A model generated the notes under the pieces. It was not told where the DNA came from. It did no database searches and saw only the letters and a list, made by a program, of their open reading frames with translations. DNA of 64,000 nt, taken from positions 32,001-96,000 of IMG/VR virus record IMGVR_UViG_3300007735_000798; one strand, 5' to 3'. Made by a program: the position numbers and the translations under genes. Of this stretch, positions 10,120-21,200 are shown in pieces. The first letter of the stretch is position 1. The number at the start of each line of letters is the position of its first letter. This DNA is from a virus.

Positions 10120-12756
10120 TTATAACGCATTTAATGAAGCACGATTAACTCTTGATTCAATCATTCTTAAAATATTATCTGACTCTGTTGGCTGTGGAAG
10201 TGGCGGCCTTGAAGAAAAAACTACTTTTGTTTCAAACCCCTGATCTGAATAAGTAATATCTAATGAACTTAACCCCTCGGAAACAGATAAATTTAAATTA
10301 TCTGCTGGATTTCCCGCAAAAGTATATTCTATTTTTTTTGTTGGTTCTTTATTAACAATAGATTTTGCTAATTGTAATGGAACCTCTCTTGGCCTTGACC
10401 AAAAATCATCGGTTTCTGTAACATTATCATCAAATATATTTACAGTCGCTACGTTTTTATAATCCTTTAAAAATTTTTCATCGTCTAAATTATAATATAT
10501 TTTTTGATTATAATCTATCGGAGGTATAAATGTAATTTGGCGACGAGTAGTTGTAAAAGTTCGTATAGAACCAAAAGAAGGTGCACATAAAGTTACTGGT
10601 GGTTTTCCAAAAAAATTCATTTTTATAGCTTTAGATAAAGTACTATTTAAGCCAGTTCTATCATCTGCGCTTGAACTTTGAAGTGGTTCATTTTCACCAA
10701 GTTCTCTATAAGCAGCTGATGTTGCTTTTTTTCGAGCCTCATCCTCAAAATTTAAACATTTACCTTTATCTATTTGATCATCTAATAAATTACATTTTGG
10801 AAAACCATTTCCACCACCACCTTCAGCATCAGACCATTTTTTTTCTAAAGGATTTAGGCTCGTAGTTATTGTCCAATCAAAAGATTTATATTTCTTCCTA
10901 ATATAACTATACTTAGGAACTATAAATATCTGTGTTCCTGTTTTTATATTAGGAAACATTTGATTTAAGTTATTTTCTGCAATGTCAAGTTTTCTTACTA
11001 CAATATTATCTAATATTTCAGCTTTATCATCTTCATTTAAACCTATTAAGCCAAGAACTTGATTTGGATCATGGCTAAAATTTCCACCACGTTCGTACCA
11101 TTTTTTACCTTTGAATTCGCTACTTGGAGTTTCTATTCTTGTTGCTTCTGGGCTAGCGCTAGTACTTACTGTCATAAAAAATTTCGGAGTACAGATATAT
11201 GATGTAAAAGGTTGAGTACCTTGATAATAATAATATTTTCCATACAAATTTAAAATTTTTTGTTCAAGATCAAACCATGTTTTAGCCAAACCCTCAATTT
11301 CTACTCCAACCCAAAACCAAAATGCTTCTCCTGCAAATTTTTTTGGTTCACCAGCGTTATTTTTACCTACAAATTCTATTTCTAATTCTTTAATACGCTG
11401 TAATTCTGCATTATCTACTAAAAGATCATATATGTTATTTATTTCTTCTTGTTTTAAACGATATAAATAATTTTCTCCACGTTCAGATAGAGCGGCCCCA
11501 TAACTTAATTCTGGTTGTGGAGATCTTAATGTTACCCCCACATTTTTAAATACTTTATAACCAACTTTTTCCTTTAAAGATTCATTTCCCAATACTTCCC
11601 ATATTAAATTATATAAATATATTTCTCTTATTTCTGGACTAAAATATCCTAAAAACGCAGCACTTAAAAACTGATGTTCTTCTCTCCCGCCCCAAAGAGC
11701 AAGTTCTGCTGCTAAAGGATCATCAAAACCTTCTTGAACTTCTACAACCTCACCATTAGTGTTTTCATATAAAGAAACATTTTTATATTCATTTATTTTA
11801 TCTAAAGTTCCATCGTTTCTTAAAAAACGACTAATAGGGACCGCATGCATAAAATCATACGCAGATTCTTCAAACTCTCCAGTTTGTGTTCCCATAGGTT
11901 CTTTTGGTTTTTTTGTATAAGCCATTGCATAATTTATAAAAGTATTATCTAAAGAGCTACTTGCTGTTTTTGCAATCAATCTTGTACTTGTAATATCTGG
12001 TAATTGAAGTTTAATCCCCTCATTTAATACATAAGTCTTAATTTTATTATTTGTAAAGTCCCAATAAAATCCAATACCACAGGCTTCAGCCCAAGATTTT
12101 AAAACAGTTCTTAAAGACCCTTCTGTATTTTTCTTTAATTCTGGTGGGGCTGTAAAATCAACACCCTCTACAATATTATAGTTTTTTAGTATATTTTTTA
12201 AATTTTCTAATGTATAGTATGTTTCTGGAATATCGCATTCTGTTTTTGGAAAAGATTCTTTTCCAAGATAAATAATATTATTTTTTACACCGTAGGCTTC
12301 ATAAACTTTTTTTTGGACTTCTTGATTTTTTAATTTTACTAAAGTAAATGTTCCTATTTTTCGTGAATAAATAGGAACTACATCTTCGTTGTCAAACTCG
12401 ACAATTTTTTTTCTTAAAACTAAATTTCCATCAATTCCAAATTTACCACGCTCCCATTTTTTAACATAATATCTATCTAAAATAACACTATGGTCTTTAA
12501 TTTGTACTTCTAATATTTTATCTTGAAGAGTTTCTTTAATATCATAAGACCATATTATACCATTGAATGTAAAAGAACCAAAAGAAATTTTTATAGGTTC
12601 ATTTAATATCGGTAATGGATTATAATCACCATCTTTACTAATAATATTTAAGGTTAGAACGGATGGCTCCTCAGAATAACCAATTTCTAAATTTAATCCA
12701 TAAATTACCCCGCCAAAATTTGGGCCTTCTATTATTGGTACTTTTGAAATTTCCAT
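10120..12756 (-). CDS. Probable baseplate hub/tail tip (Tal-like) protein
   Basis: Position after the tape measure. N-terminal hub-like strands and LRTVLKSWAEACGIGFYWD. Confidence 0.5.
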   Translation of the reverse strand: MEISKVPIIEGPNFGGVIYGLNLEIGYSEEPSVLTLNIISKDGDYNPLPILNEPIKISFGSFTFNGIIWSYDIKETLQDKILEVQIKDHSVILDRYYVKKWERGKFGIDGNLVLRKKIVEFDNEDVVPIYSRKIGTFTLVKLKNQEVQKKVYEAYGVKNNIIYLGKESFPKTECDIPETYYTLENLKNILKNYNIVEGVDFTAPPELKKNTEGSLRTVLKSWAEACGIGFYWDFTNNKIKTYVLNEGIKLQLPDITSTRLIAKTASSSLDNTFINYAMAYTKKPKEPMGTQTGEFEESAYDFMHAVPISRFLRNDGTLDKINEYKNVSLYENTNGEVVEVQEGFDDPLAAELALWGGREEHQFLSAAFLGYFSPEIREIYLYNLIWEVLGNESLKEKVGYKVFKNVGVTLRSPQPELSYGAALSERGENYLYRLKQEEINNIYDLLVDNAELQRIKELEIEFVGKNNAGEPKKFAGEAFWFWVGVEIEGLAKTWFDLEQKILNLYGKYYYYQGTQPFTSYICTPKFFMTVSTSASPEATRIETPSSEFKGKKWYERGGNFSHDPNQVLGLIGLNEDDKAEILDNIVVRKLDIAENNLNQMFPNIKTGTQIFIVPKYSYIRKKYKSFDWTITTSLNPLEKKWSDAEGGGGNGFPKCNLLDDQIDKGKCLNFEDEARKKATSAAYRELGENEPLQSSSADDRTGLNSTLSKAIKMNFFGKPPVTLCAPSFGSIRTFTTTRRQITFIPPIDYNQKIYYNLDDEKFLKDYKNVATVNIFDDNVTETDDFWSRPREVPLQLAKSIVNKEPTKKIEYTFAGNPADNLNLSVSEGLSSLDITYSDQGFETKVVFSSRPPLPQPTESDNILRMIESRVNRASLNAL

Positions 12757-12795
12757 AACCTTTTACCTTTTATATTATATCCTTTACTGTATAAT

Positions 12796-14700
12796 TTACA
12801 CAAAAAAATCTTCAGTATTATTATAAATTATATAATTATTTTTATTTTCATAAAAATCTCCAGAAAATAAATCAAAGTTACTATTTTCTACATAATTATT
12901 ATTTAATTTTTGTTTAATGCCATTCAAATAAACCTGTGAAGAAGTTTTATTTAAATTTTTTGTTTGTATTTTTAATGTTGATTCATTTCCCGTAATATTG
13001 TTTAAAGTTGGAATTGATTTAATATATACATAATTATTTCCAGAAGGTATATTTAAATTAAAAGTATTATTTCCAGTATAAGTTATTCCAGATATTAATT
13101 TTTGCCCATTAACAAATACAAATTTATTATTAAAATTTTTTCCAGCCAATTGCATTCCAGAATGAATTCCAGTAATAGATAAAAATTCAAAATCACCAGT
13201 AAATCCATCATAAAAAAGATCATCATTTCCATTTATAAGATTATTAACGTAAATTTCATTGCCAGTAATAAAATAGTCATTATTAGTTCTAATAAAAGTA
13301 TCATAACCAATTGTTTCTAAATAATATCCAGAATCTATAATAAGTTGACCATTACAAAATACTAATGTTCCAGAAGTTAAATTATTTTCAGTGGTAAAAT
13401 TATTTTTAATAAAATTAAAATTTAAATTTTTATTATAATTTAAATTTTTATCCTGATAAGATTCATAATATACTTCAACAATATCATTCTGTTTATTTAT
13501 TTCTGATAATAAAGAAATTTCGGAAAAAGATAATGATTCTAAATAATCTGTATCTTTAAAAAAGATACTCGCGCCAGTTTCTAAAAAAACTCCAGTACAA
13601 ATTTCTCCAGTAATATAAACTTGTTTTGATCCAGTAATTTGACCAGTTAAAGGTATTTGGTTATAACCAGTAAAAGAAATTATTCCAGTTTGTGGAAAAT
13701 TATATGAATAATTTATTGTAATTAATCCAGATAATGGTGTTTGACCATAAATTGCAGATGTGATATTACAGTTATTACTATAATATCCTAATAAAATATT
13801 ATTATACCCAGTAACGCCACTATATGAATAGCCAGTTACACCAGTTATATATCCAGTAATTCCAGTAATATTTAAATTAGAACTGTTTGTTAAAAATCCT
13901 GTTATTCCACTTGTTGAAAATCCAGATTCTATAAAATAACCAGTAGTATAACATGTATTTTGTATATATCCAAGTTTACCACTATAAATATGTAATATAC
14001 CGCTTACAATATATTGATTATAAAAAAATGGAATATTTTTAAATATAAAAAATTTATCTACATATCCACTAAAATTAGAACTATTATTAGCCCAATTTAT
14101 ATTTGGATATATCCCACCAAGAAATAATTGGTCAGATTGTTTAAATACATTATTTTTTATATAAAATGTTTCTGTTTCAAATGATAATGTATTATTATTT
14201 AAATTACCCATCGTTAATACATTATTATTGCGATTTATTATTATTAAATTTTTATTCGCTAAAATATTTGAAGCAGTAAAACTAAATACTCCTTCTACAT
14301 TATTCCAATATTTAAAATATAATTTATTAGCATTATTAACTCCAAGACAAAACCCAGAATATGTAGAAAAAGAATTTCCAGTAGCGGAAGAAAGTAAAAT
14401 TTCATCTCCAGTTCTTAATTTTTCATAAGAAAGTAATATCGTATCATTATCAAAAGTATAAGGAGCATTTAATTTCATTATTGTTGAACCATTAAAATAT
14501 CCAGTTCCACTATATTGAAAAAATGTACCAGTAGATCCAGTATTTAAAATACCAGAAAATGAATTTATAGCCCAATTATCTGGAGGTACAGTCTGATTAT
14601 TAATTAGTGATTTATTATAAAAACTAAAAGCAGCTGTAGCACTAGAAATTGGAACCCCAATCTGGTCTAAAAAATACGGCATTCCAGTAAAAAATATCAT
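12796..14700 (-). CDS. Tail protein, LamG/concanavalin-like N-terminus with TG repeats and VxxNG-K/Q-L repeats
   Basis: 634 aa; GFCLGVN..LFLGG..FSGYVD; ITGITGYITGVTG. Confidence 0.55.
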   Translation of the reverse strand: MIFFTGMPYFLDQIGVPISSATAAFSFYNKSLINNQTVPPDNWAINSFSGILNTGSTGTFFQYSGTGYFNGSTIMKLNAPYTFDNDTILLSYEKLRTGDEILLSSATGNSFSTYSGFCLGVNNANKLYFKYWNNVEGVFSFTASNILANKNLIIINRNNNVLTMGNLNNNTLSFETETFYIKNNVFKQSDQLFLGGIYPNINWANNSSNFSGYVDKFFIFKNIPFFYNQYIVSGILHIYSGKLGYIQNTCYTTGYFIESGFSTSGITGFLTNSSNLNITGITGYITGVTGYSYSGVTGYNNILLGYYSNNCNITSAIYGQTPLSGLITINYSYNFPQTGIISFTGYNQIPLTGQITGSKQVYITGEICTGVFLETGASIFFKDTDYLESLSFSEISLLSEINKQNDIVEVYYESYQDKNLNYNKNLNFNFIKNNFTTENNLTSGTLVFCNGQLIIDSGYYLETIGYDTFIRTNNDYFITGNEIYVNNLINGNDDLFYDGFTGDFEFLSITGIHSGMQLAGKNFNNKFVFVNGQKLISGITYTGNNTFNLNIPSGNNYVYIKSIPTLNNITGNESTLKIQTKNLNKTSSQVYLNGIKQKLNNNYVENSNFDLFSGDFYENKNNYIIYNNTEDFFV

Positions 14701-16310
14701 ATTAAAATATCTCCTTGATAACTATAATTTTCTGTTATTTCATATATTTTTGAGAAAGCATCTTTTTTAATAGTTCTTTTTTCTAACAAGTAATTTTTAT
14801 TTAATATATTATATACAGTTTTAATTCTTTGTAATTCTGAATTAACTTCGCTAATTGCGTAATCAATATTTTTATCTGGTTTCGCAACAGCAGATATATT
14901 TAACTCTAGTTGCGCGAGATTTGCACAATTTATATCTTGAATATTATGCTCTCTTTTTTGGGTAATAGATGATTTTGGTACATAAATAGATATTGATGGA
15001 TTATATTTTAAACTAGACTTCATTGTAATTACATTATCTGAAAAAGGTTTTCTTTTATCAGACCAAGAAGCTGTATATTTAATTTCGGCACCATATTCAT
15101 TAAAAGTAATTGATTCCGTCAGTGGCTGTGAATAAAGACTACGACCAGTAATTTCTTTTTTATATTCAGTATTAGCCAAATTAAAAGCATTAAAATTACC
15201 ACTATAATAATCTTTTACTAATCCCCATCTCGTATTAACGTCTCCATATTTTCCAAAAATTGTGGCATCTAATTTTACAGTAGTAATATTTTTTATAGGA
15301 TCGGTAGTTAAATCAACATTATAATTATTTGTAATATTAGATAATAAGTCGCTATTATAAGTTAAATTAAAATTTAATTTTTGATTATTGAATTCTTCTT
15401 GTACTGATTGGGTAATAGGATTTGAATTTAATGTTGTACCAAACGTTTTTAATGAAGCCTCGTTTGCTATATTATAAAAATTATAGTCAAAAAATCCTGA
15501 TCTTAAATTATTAGAAGTTGTCCCAGTCACAATATTATTACTTAAAGACCCATCAATTTTAACAGTAATAAGCCCATCTTCAATTCCAGAAGAAATATCT
15601 AAATTATAATCAAGAACTGCATTCGCAGGTGACTCCAAAAAATTTGATTTAACATAAGACCCCTCCCAAGAATATGTACCATCAAATCTGTTTACTGTTT
15701 CCTTAATTGATTGTAATAAAAAATTAGAACCATTACCCGTTTGAGCAAATATTGGCGTAATTTTATTATAATTTCCAGTTCTAGTTTTTACCCAATTTTT
15801 AGCACTTTCAATTGCATTTAAATTTCCAGTTTTTAATCCTTTTGCGGATATACTATGTGTTAAATTAACAATAAACCCATTCTCTTCTGAAAAATCAATA
15901 TTCTCTTCTGGGTCCGTTACTCCATAATATTCGGTAAAAAGACCACTTTCATATATTTCAAAATCAATTGTAAAAGGTAAGATTCCATAAAATAATCCTT
16001 CATCCGTTTTAATTGAATCAATAATCACGTTATTGCCAGAAAATAAATTTTCAGAATTTTCATTAATAACTAAAGTACCATAATTATTACTTAATCTATT
16101 AACAAGTAAATTCAAACCACTATTTAATTCATAAAAAGACAATTGTCCTAAATTTTTTCCAGTAATTTGACCATTTAAAGTCATTTTAGTGACTTGATTC
16201 CATTTAGTATTAAAATTAATAAAATCTTGATTTATAGAAATAAAAGGGGTCGGTGATATACCATCAAATAAATCAGTATCATTATATAATATTTTGATAT
16301 TATTATTCAT
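14697..16310 (-). CDS. Distal tail/tail tip protein
   Basis: 537-aa beta-rich ORF after the tape measure; shares NRFDG/NKFDG-type motifs with 16310..18280. Confidence 0.5.
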   Translation of the reverse strand: MNNNIKILYNDTDLFDGISPTPFISINQDFINFNTKWNQVTKMTLNGQITGKNLGQLSFYELNSGLNLLVNRLSNNYGTLVINENSENLFSGNNVIIDSIKTDEGLFYGILPFTIDFEIYESGLFTEYYGVTDPEENIDFSEENGFIVNLTHSISAKGLKTGNLNAIESAKNWVKTRTGNYNKITPIFAQTGNGSNFLLQSIKETVNRFDGTYSWEGSYVKSNFLESPANAVLDYNLDISSGIEDGLITVKIDGSLSNNIVTGTTSNNLRSGFFDYNFYNIANEASLKTFGTTLNSNPITQSVQEEFNNQKLNFNLTYNSDLLSNITNNYNVDLTTDPIKNITTVKLDATIFGKYGDVNTRWGLVKDYYSGNFNAFNLANTEYKKEITGRSLYSQPLTESITFNEYGAEIKYTASWSDKRKPFSDNVITMKSSLKYNPSISIYVPKSSITQKREHNIQDINCANLAQLELNISAVAKPDKNIDYAISEVNSELQRIKTVYNILNKNYLLEKRTIKKDAFSKIYEITENYSYQGDILI

Positions 16311-18280
16311 TATGAATATTTATAAACCTCCTCATAACCTATTATTTGCTCAATTTCATCAGAAGTAAAATTACAAGATTCTAAATATTTACCAGAATTT
16401 CCACCAAAATAATAATTTCTTAGTTGTGTTTTTAAAGTATCAAAATATAATAAACCATTAAAAATTCCCGTTTGACTTGTTAATCCGATATCTGCTTTAC
16501 CTTCTATGGTAAAAGTACCCTGTTGTTTCAAATCTCTATTATGCACTAATTCATATTTATTATTTGGAATTATATATTTTTTAAAATAAGGTGTTAATTG
16601 CGTACCAGAACTTCCATCATCAGAATAAGTAATATCTAATTTTTTGATATCTCCTAAATCTGTTCTAATAGTTGGATCATCAGTATAAGTATAATTATAA
16701 GTAATTTTCCCATCAAATGGCGTTCTTGTTATTTGCTTATCAATTAAATTTATACCACTAGAAGCTTTTTCCAAAGCCTGTCCAGACCAAAAAGATTTTA
16801 ATCTTGACTCTATTCCTGTTTTTACTACTGCCCAGCCAGTTTCTGCACTTAAATATTTTGCAGAATTAATAATAGAATTTTTTTCTCCAACACCAATTAT
16901 TGAACCTTGTTCATTAACACTCCATATGAATTGCTCATTACGATTTAATGTAGAAGTATAATCAAAAATATAATTTTTAGAAAACTTTTTATCATTATTA
17001 AATGACACATCATATTCAATATTTCCATCAAATTTATTTATACGAACTGTTTTTTCAGCCAAAACAGTATTTAAAGCATCAATTATATTAAATTTATTTT
17101 TATAGGCTTGGAAAAAATTATTACAACGTAAATAGGCCCCAGTAATTTCTTTATTTAAACCAATTACGGCATTTTCATATAAACTTGGAATATTATTTTC
17201 AGCTTTAATTGAACAATTTTCACCTACATTAGCTATACCATTATTATCTAATGAAATATTTAAATTTCTATTTATAGAATAAGGTTCTAAATTATTGTTA
17301 GTAGAATAAGAAAAAGTTTTAGTAAATCCACATTTTCCGTTAATAATATCATAAGATTCATTTCTTAATACTTTATAAGTTCCTTCTTGTCTAGTCGAAT
17401 AATTGTATTCTGATAAATTTATTGGAATAGACTTATTTAATAATTCTACGGCTAAACTTTGAGCCAATGTTATTACATTAATATCTTTATTATCAGCATT
17501 ATATTCAATATCTATAGAATGTGTTCCACCTAATATTTTTGTATTATTATCAAAATCAAAAGTAAAATTTTCACTAAAACTTTTTATAAGATCAAATCTT
17601 TTATTTGATAAATTTAAAATATAATCATTATCAATAGCTAAAGTTGTATTACCCGCAAAACCTAAAAATCCAAGAAAAGTTATTCCAGTTGGTGGGGTCA
17701 TTTCACTACTAGACCTTTGAAATCTTGGCGTATTAGAGGATCCAACCCCTGTAACAGGCGATATTCTCCATTGCGTACTAGACGCATTCCACAAAGCATA
17801 TATATTTGTAGTATCATAATAAATTGGTCTAGAATTCAAAATTTGATTTGTTTTATAAAATTTATATCCCGAAAGATTTGGAGATGCACCAGAGGTATTA
17901 CTAACTATATAATTTGAAGAAATGAATTCTTTTGATACTAAACTTTGTAAATTTGCTGTTGTATAAATTTCAATATCTGCATTATATTTTGTAGAACGTA
18001 CCCAATTCCCTTCGTCAAAAGATAATGATGTAATTTTTCCGATACCAAAGTTTTGACCTTTTATTATTATATTATAAAAATTTTGGGCAATATTTTTAAT
18101 TCTATTTACATCTGTAAAAATATCTTTAACTCCGACCGTGTTAGTTAAATCTAAAACATAACCACGAATAGAAAGTGTTTTTGTCGTTGAGTATTGAAAT
18201 GATTTTTCACCCAAAAAATTATTTTGGTGGTTATATCCAAGCACCTCAATGTTATCTAAAATTAATGTTTCAAAAGACAT
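16310..18280 (-). CDS. Distal tail/tail tip protein
   Basis: 656-aa ORF immediately downstream of the tape measure. Confidence 0.5.
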   Translation of the reverse strand: MSFETLILDNIEVLGYNHQNNFLGEKSFQYSTTKTLSIRGYVLDLTNTVGVKDIFTDVNRIKNIAQNFYNIIIKGQNFGIGKITSLSFDEGNWVRSTKYNADIEIYTTANLQSLVSKEFISSNYIVSNTSGASPNLSGYKFYKTNQILNSRPIYYDTTNIYALWNASSTQWRISPVTGVGSSNTPRFQRSSSEMTPPTGITFLGFLGFAGNTTLAIDNDYILNLSNKRFDLIKSFSENFTFDFDNNTKILGGTHSIDIEYNADNKDINVITLAQSLAVELLNKSIPINLSEYNYSTRQEGTYKVLRNESYDIINGKCGFTKTFSYSTNNNLEPYSINRNLNISLDNNGIANVGENCSIKAENNIPSLYENAVIGLNKEITGAYLRCNNFFQAYKNKFNIIDALNTVLAEKTVRINKFDGNIEYDVSFNNDKKFSKNYIFDYTSTLNRNEQFIWSVNEQGSIIGVGEKNSIINSAKYLSAETGWAVVKTGIESRLKSFWSGQALEKASSGINLIDKQITRTPFDGKITYNYTYTDDPTIRTDLGDIKKLDITYSDDGSSGTQLTPYFKKYIIPNNKYELVHNRDLKQQGTFTIEGKADIGLTSQTGIFNGLLYFDTLKTQLRNYYFGGNSGKYLESCNFTSDEIEQIIGYEEVYKYS

Positions 18281-18286
18281 ATCTTA

Positions 18287-21200
18287 TTACGGTTTCGAAG
18301 GCGGAACTTTTATTCCCATTGCACTTTGTATTTCTCTAGTAATTCTTGGAATTTGTTTTTGAATTTCAGCCGCGACAGCTGAAGCTACATCTCCACCACT
18401 TTCGGCATTTACGACAAGATTAATTGGAGCATTTGTTGTATTTGCTATTGATGGTGAATTTATACCTTGATTATTTTGCATATTAGAAGCGTCTGTAGTA
18501 TTTTGTAAACTAGATAAGGAAGTATTAAGATTTTGAATTGCGCTTAGTAATGAAGTCAATGCGCTTGTATTTGTATCTAAACTTGATTCTATTTGCGTAA
18601 AAGACTGTTCTGAGACAGCAAAATTCGGAATATAACCACGACTCATTAATCCCGCAGATTTTTGTCCTATCATTGAGTCATTCAATGCTTTATCTAATCC
18701 GCCATGATCAGCTATTGCAGATGCAAATGTAGGTTGACTACTATTTCTAATATGTGGAAAAGGTTTAGTGCCATAAATAGCTTTATTACCACTAAGGCGT
18801 TCTTCAAGATCCATTACTGAATTTTTGTATGCAAAATTTGGAATAAAGCCACCAGCCAAATTATCAGGTGTGGTCCCAGGTGGTAGTTTACCACTTTTTA
18901 AAAGTTTCTCTTTTAATTTTAGAGTTTGTGCTTCTGCAAATACAGTTCCATTCGTTGAAGATATGAGATCTGGTATCATAGCACCAGTAGTTAGTAGATC
19001 TTTTCCAGCCCCAATACCTAGACTAGTAATCGCCCCATAAACAGCCGCTAATGGATTTTTTCCGATAGCTAGACCACTAGCGGCCCCACCAACAGCAGTT
19101 GAGAATATTTTTTCGAGTTGATCAATATAGGGGTTTTCCGATTTTTTTCCACCATGAAATAAATTATCTAATGCATATTGAGTACTAGCTTCCGCACCAA
19201 TACCAATGGCTCCAGATTTAAATATATTTTTAGCGCTATTCGCTACCGAAGCAAGTTTTGTTGTACTATTAACTTGGAATCTATTCCAAATATCTTCAAA
19301 AAATGGAATAAGGCTATCGAGAGTATCTTCTAATCCAATAGTTCTACCAAATTTCGCATTTTTATTTTCTTCTGCGAAATTTGGAATAAAGCCTTTTGCC
19401 ATACCTATGGCTTTTTGCATATTTCTTGTCAATACGGCTGTTTGACCACTTCCCCCAAAATTATCAACAAGTTTTTCTCCACTATTAATAAAAGCAGGAG
19501 ATCCATTTAAATTTGGAATAAATTGTGGTCGATCTCCAGGTTTTGCCCCTCCAACTCCACGACCGATATCTCGAGATTCTTTATTGTATCCAGGTAAAAA
19601 TCCTTTTGCATTTGATGTCGACTCTACAGATTTATATTTTGCTATTGGTATATAAGGAGTTGGATTTCCAGGCTCCCCTGTTCGTTCTAAAATTTGTTTT
19701 AATATATTGTTTGTAATATTAATTGCTTGTACCGTAGGATCGCTTGAAAGTATTATATCATCTTTATAACTTGTCAGCATCTTTTCTAATGCTTGTTTTT
19801 CTTTGGTGTCGCTTGTAGTTTTTATTTTATCACGAATTTCTTGTAACAGACTTTCATTTGTTACACCAAGCGCTTGCGCTACTTGGATTTTTGCAATGAG
19901 TTCTTCTCCACCCAGCGCTTGTGTTTGTTTTAATGCGGTTAGAAGCTCTGTTTTAAATTGATCAGGTAAATTTTGATTGCCTTGAACCTGTTTTGTCAAT
20001 AATTGTATTTTATTAGTAAGATTTTGAGATAAACCAGCTACAATTTCTTTATAAATTTGACTGTTGGCATCTGGTGTATATCCAGTAAGTTCTTGTAAAG
20101 ATTGAACATATTGTAAAGCATTACGTCCATATTTTGGTAATAATTCTTTTCTAGCTCTTTCTGCTTCTGATCCTTGATATCTATATTCACCAAATTGATT
20201 AGTTCTAAATACCCCTTTAGTATTTAATGCAGCAACTGTATTAGCTGACTTCGCAACTTTATCAAAAGCACTTTCTCCATATTTGGGTGGATTTATAAAT
20301 TCTTCAATGCCACCGCCAAAATTTTGAGCTTGTTTAATTGCATCCACAAGTCTTTTTTGAGTAGTTTCTTGTGCAAGTTTAACTTGTTTTTCTTGTAGCA
20401 ATTTGGCGGCTTCTTCCGCTTTATCATTTCCCTTAGATGTTATACCAATTAGCTCACTTAATTTGTCTTCAAGTGGTTTTCCAAAAAAACCAAGATTATT
20501 CAATAATGGAGTAAATATTTCCGATAAATATTCAGGCTGTAAATTTTTCTTATCTATAATTTCAGAGTTGATTTTTTCTATAAATGCGTCTATAACTGGA
20601 GATTTACCATTTTCTGAAATGTTAAGTCTAGTTCTTAAGTTTTTATCACTGTCTAATTGTTCTTTTGTCGGTAGGACAGCATCATTTATGGCTGTCGCCA
20701 TCTCAACCATTATATCATCAACTGATTGTTCAAAATCAATATTTAATTTTGCAAACTCAGATTTTAGTTCAAAATCTTTTGTCATGCGAGATTCCTGCCC
20801 AGTAAGTTGTGATATAAGTTGTGCTGGATTTGTAAATTGTTCAGTGTACGAAAATTCTCGAGCAAAACTTCTCTTTTTTTGTTCTATAACTATTGATTTT
20901 TTTGCCAAATCAATATTTTTTTGCAATGATTTAATCATTGCTTCATTAGCTTTAGCAGCACTTAATTGTGCATTCTCTGTATCTCTTAAGGCTTGTGCAT
21001 ATTGATTAGAAGATGTTACATTTTGTCTAGTAGCATAATTAGCATCACTAGCAGCCCTCTGAAGAACTATGAGTGTATCGAGATAATCCTGATTAGTTCG
21101 TTTTGCAGCATTTATGGTACTTTCTATAAATTCCGCGCTTCCTACTACACCTCCCAATGAGTCTTCTAATATTGTTTGTAAATCTTTAACTTTTTCTTCT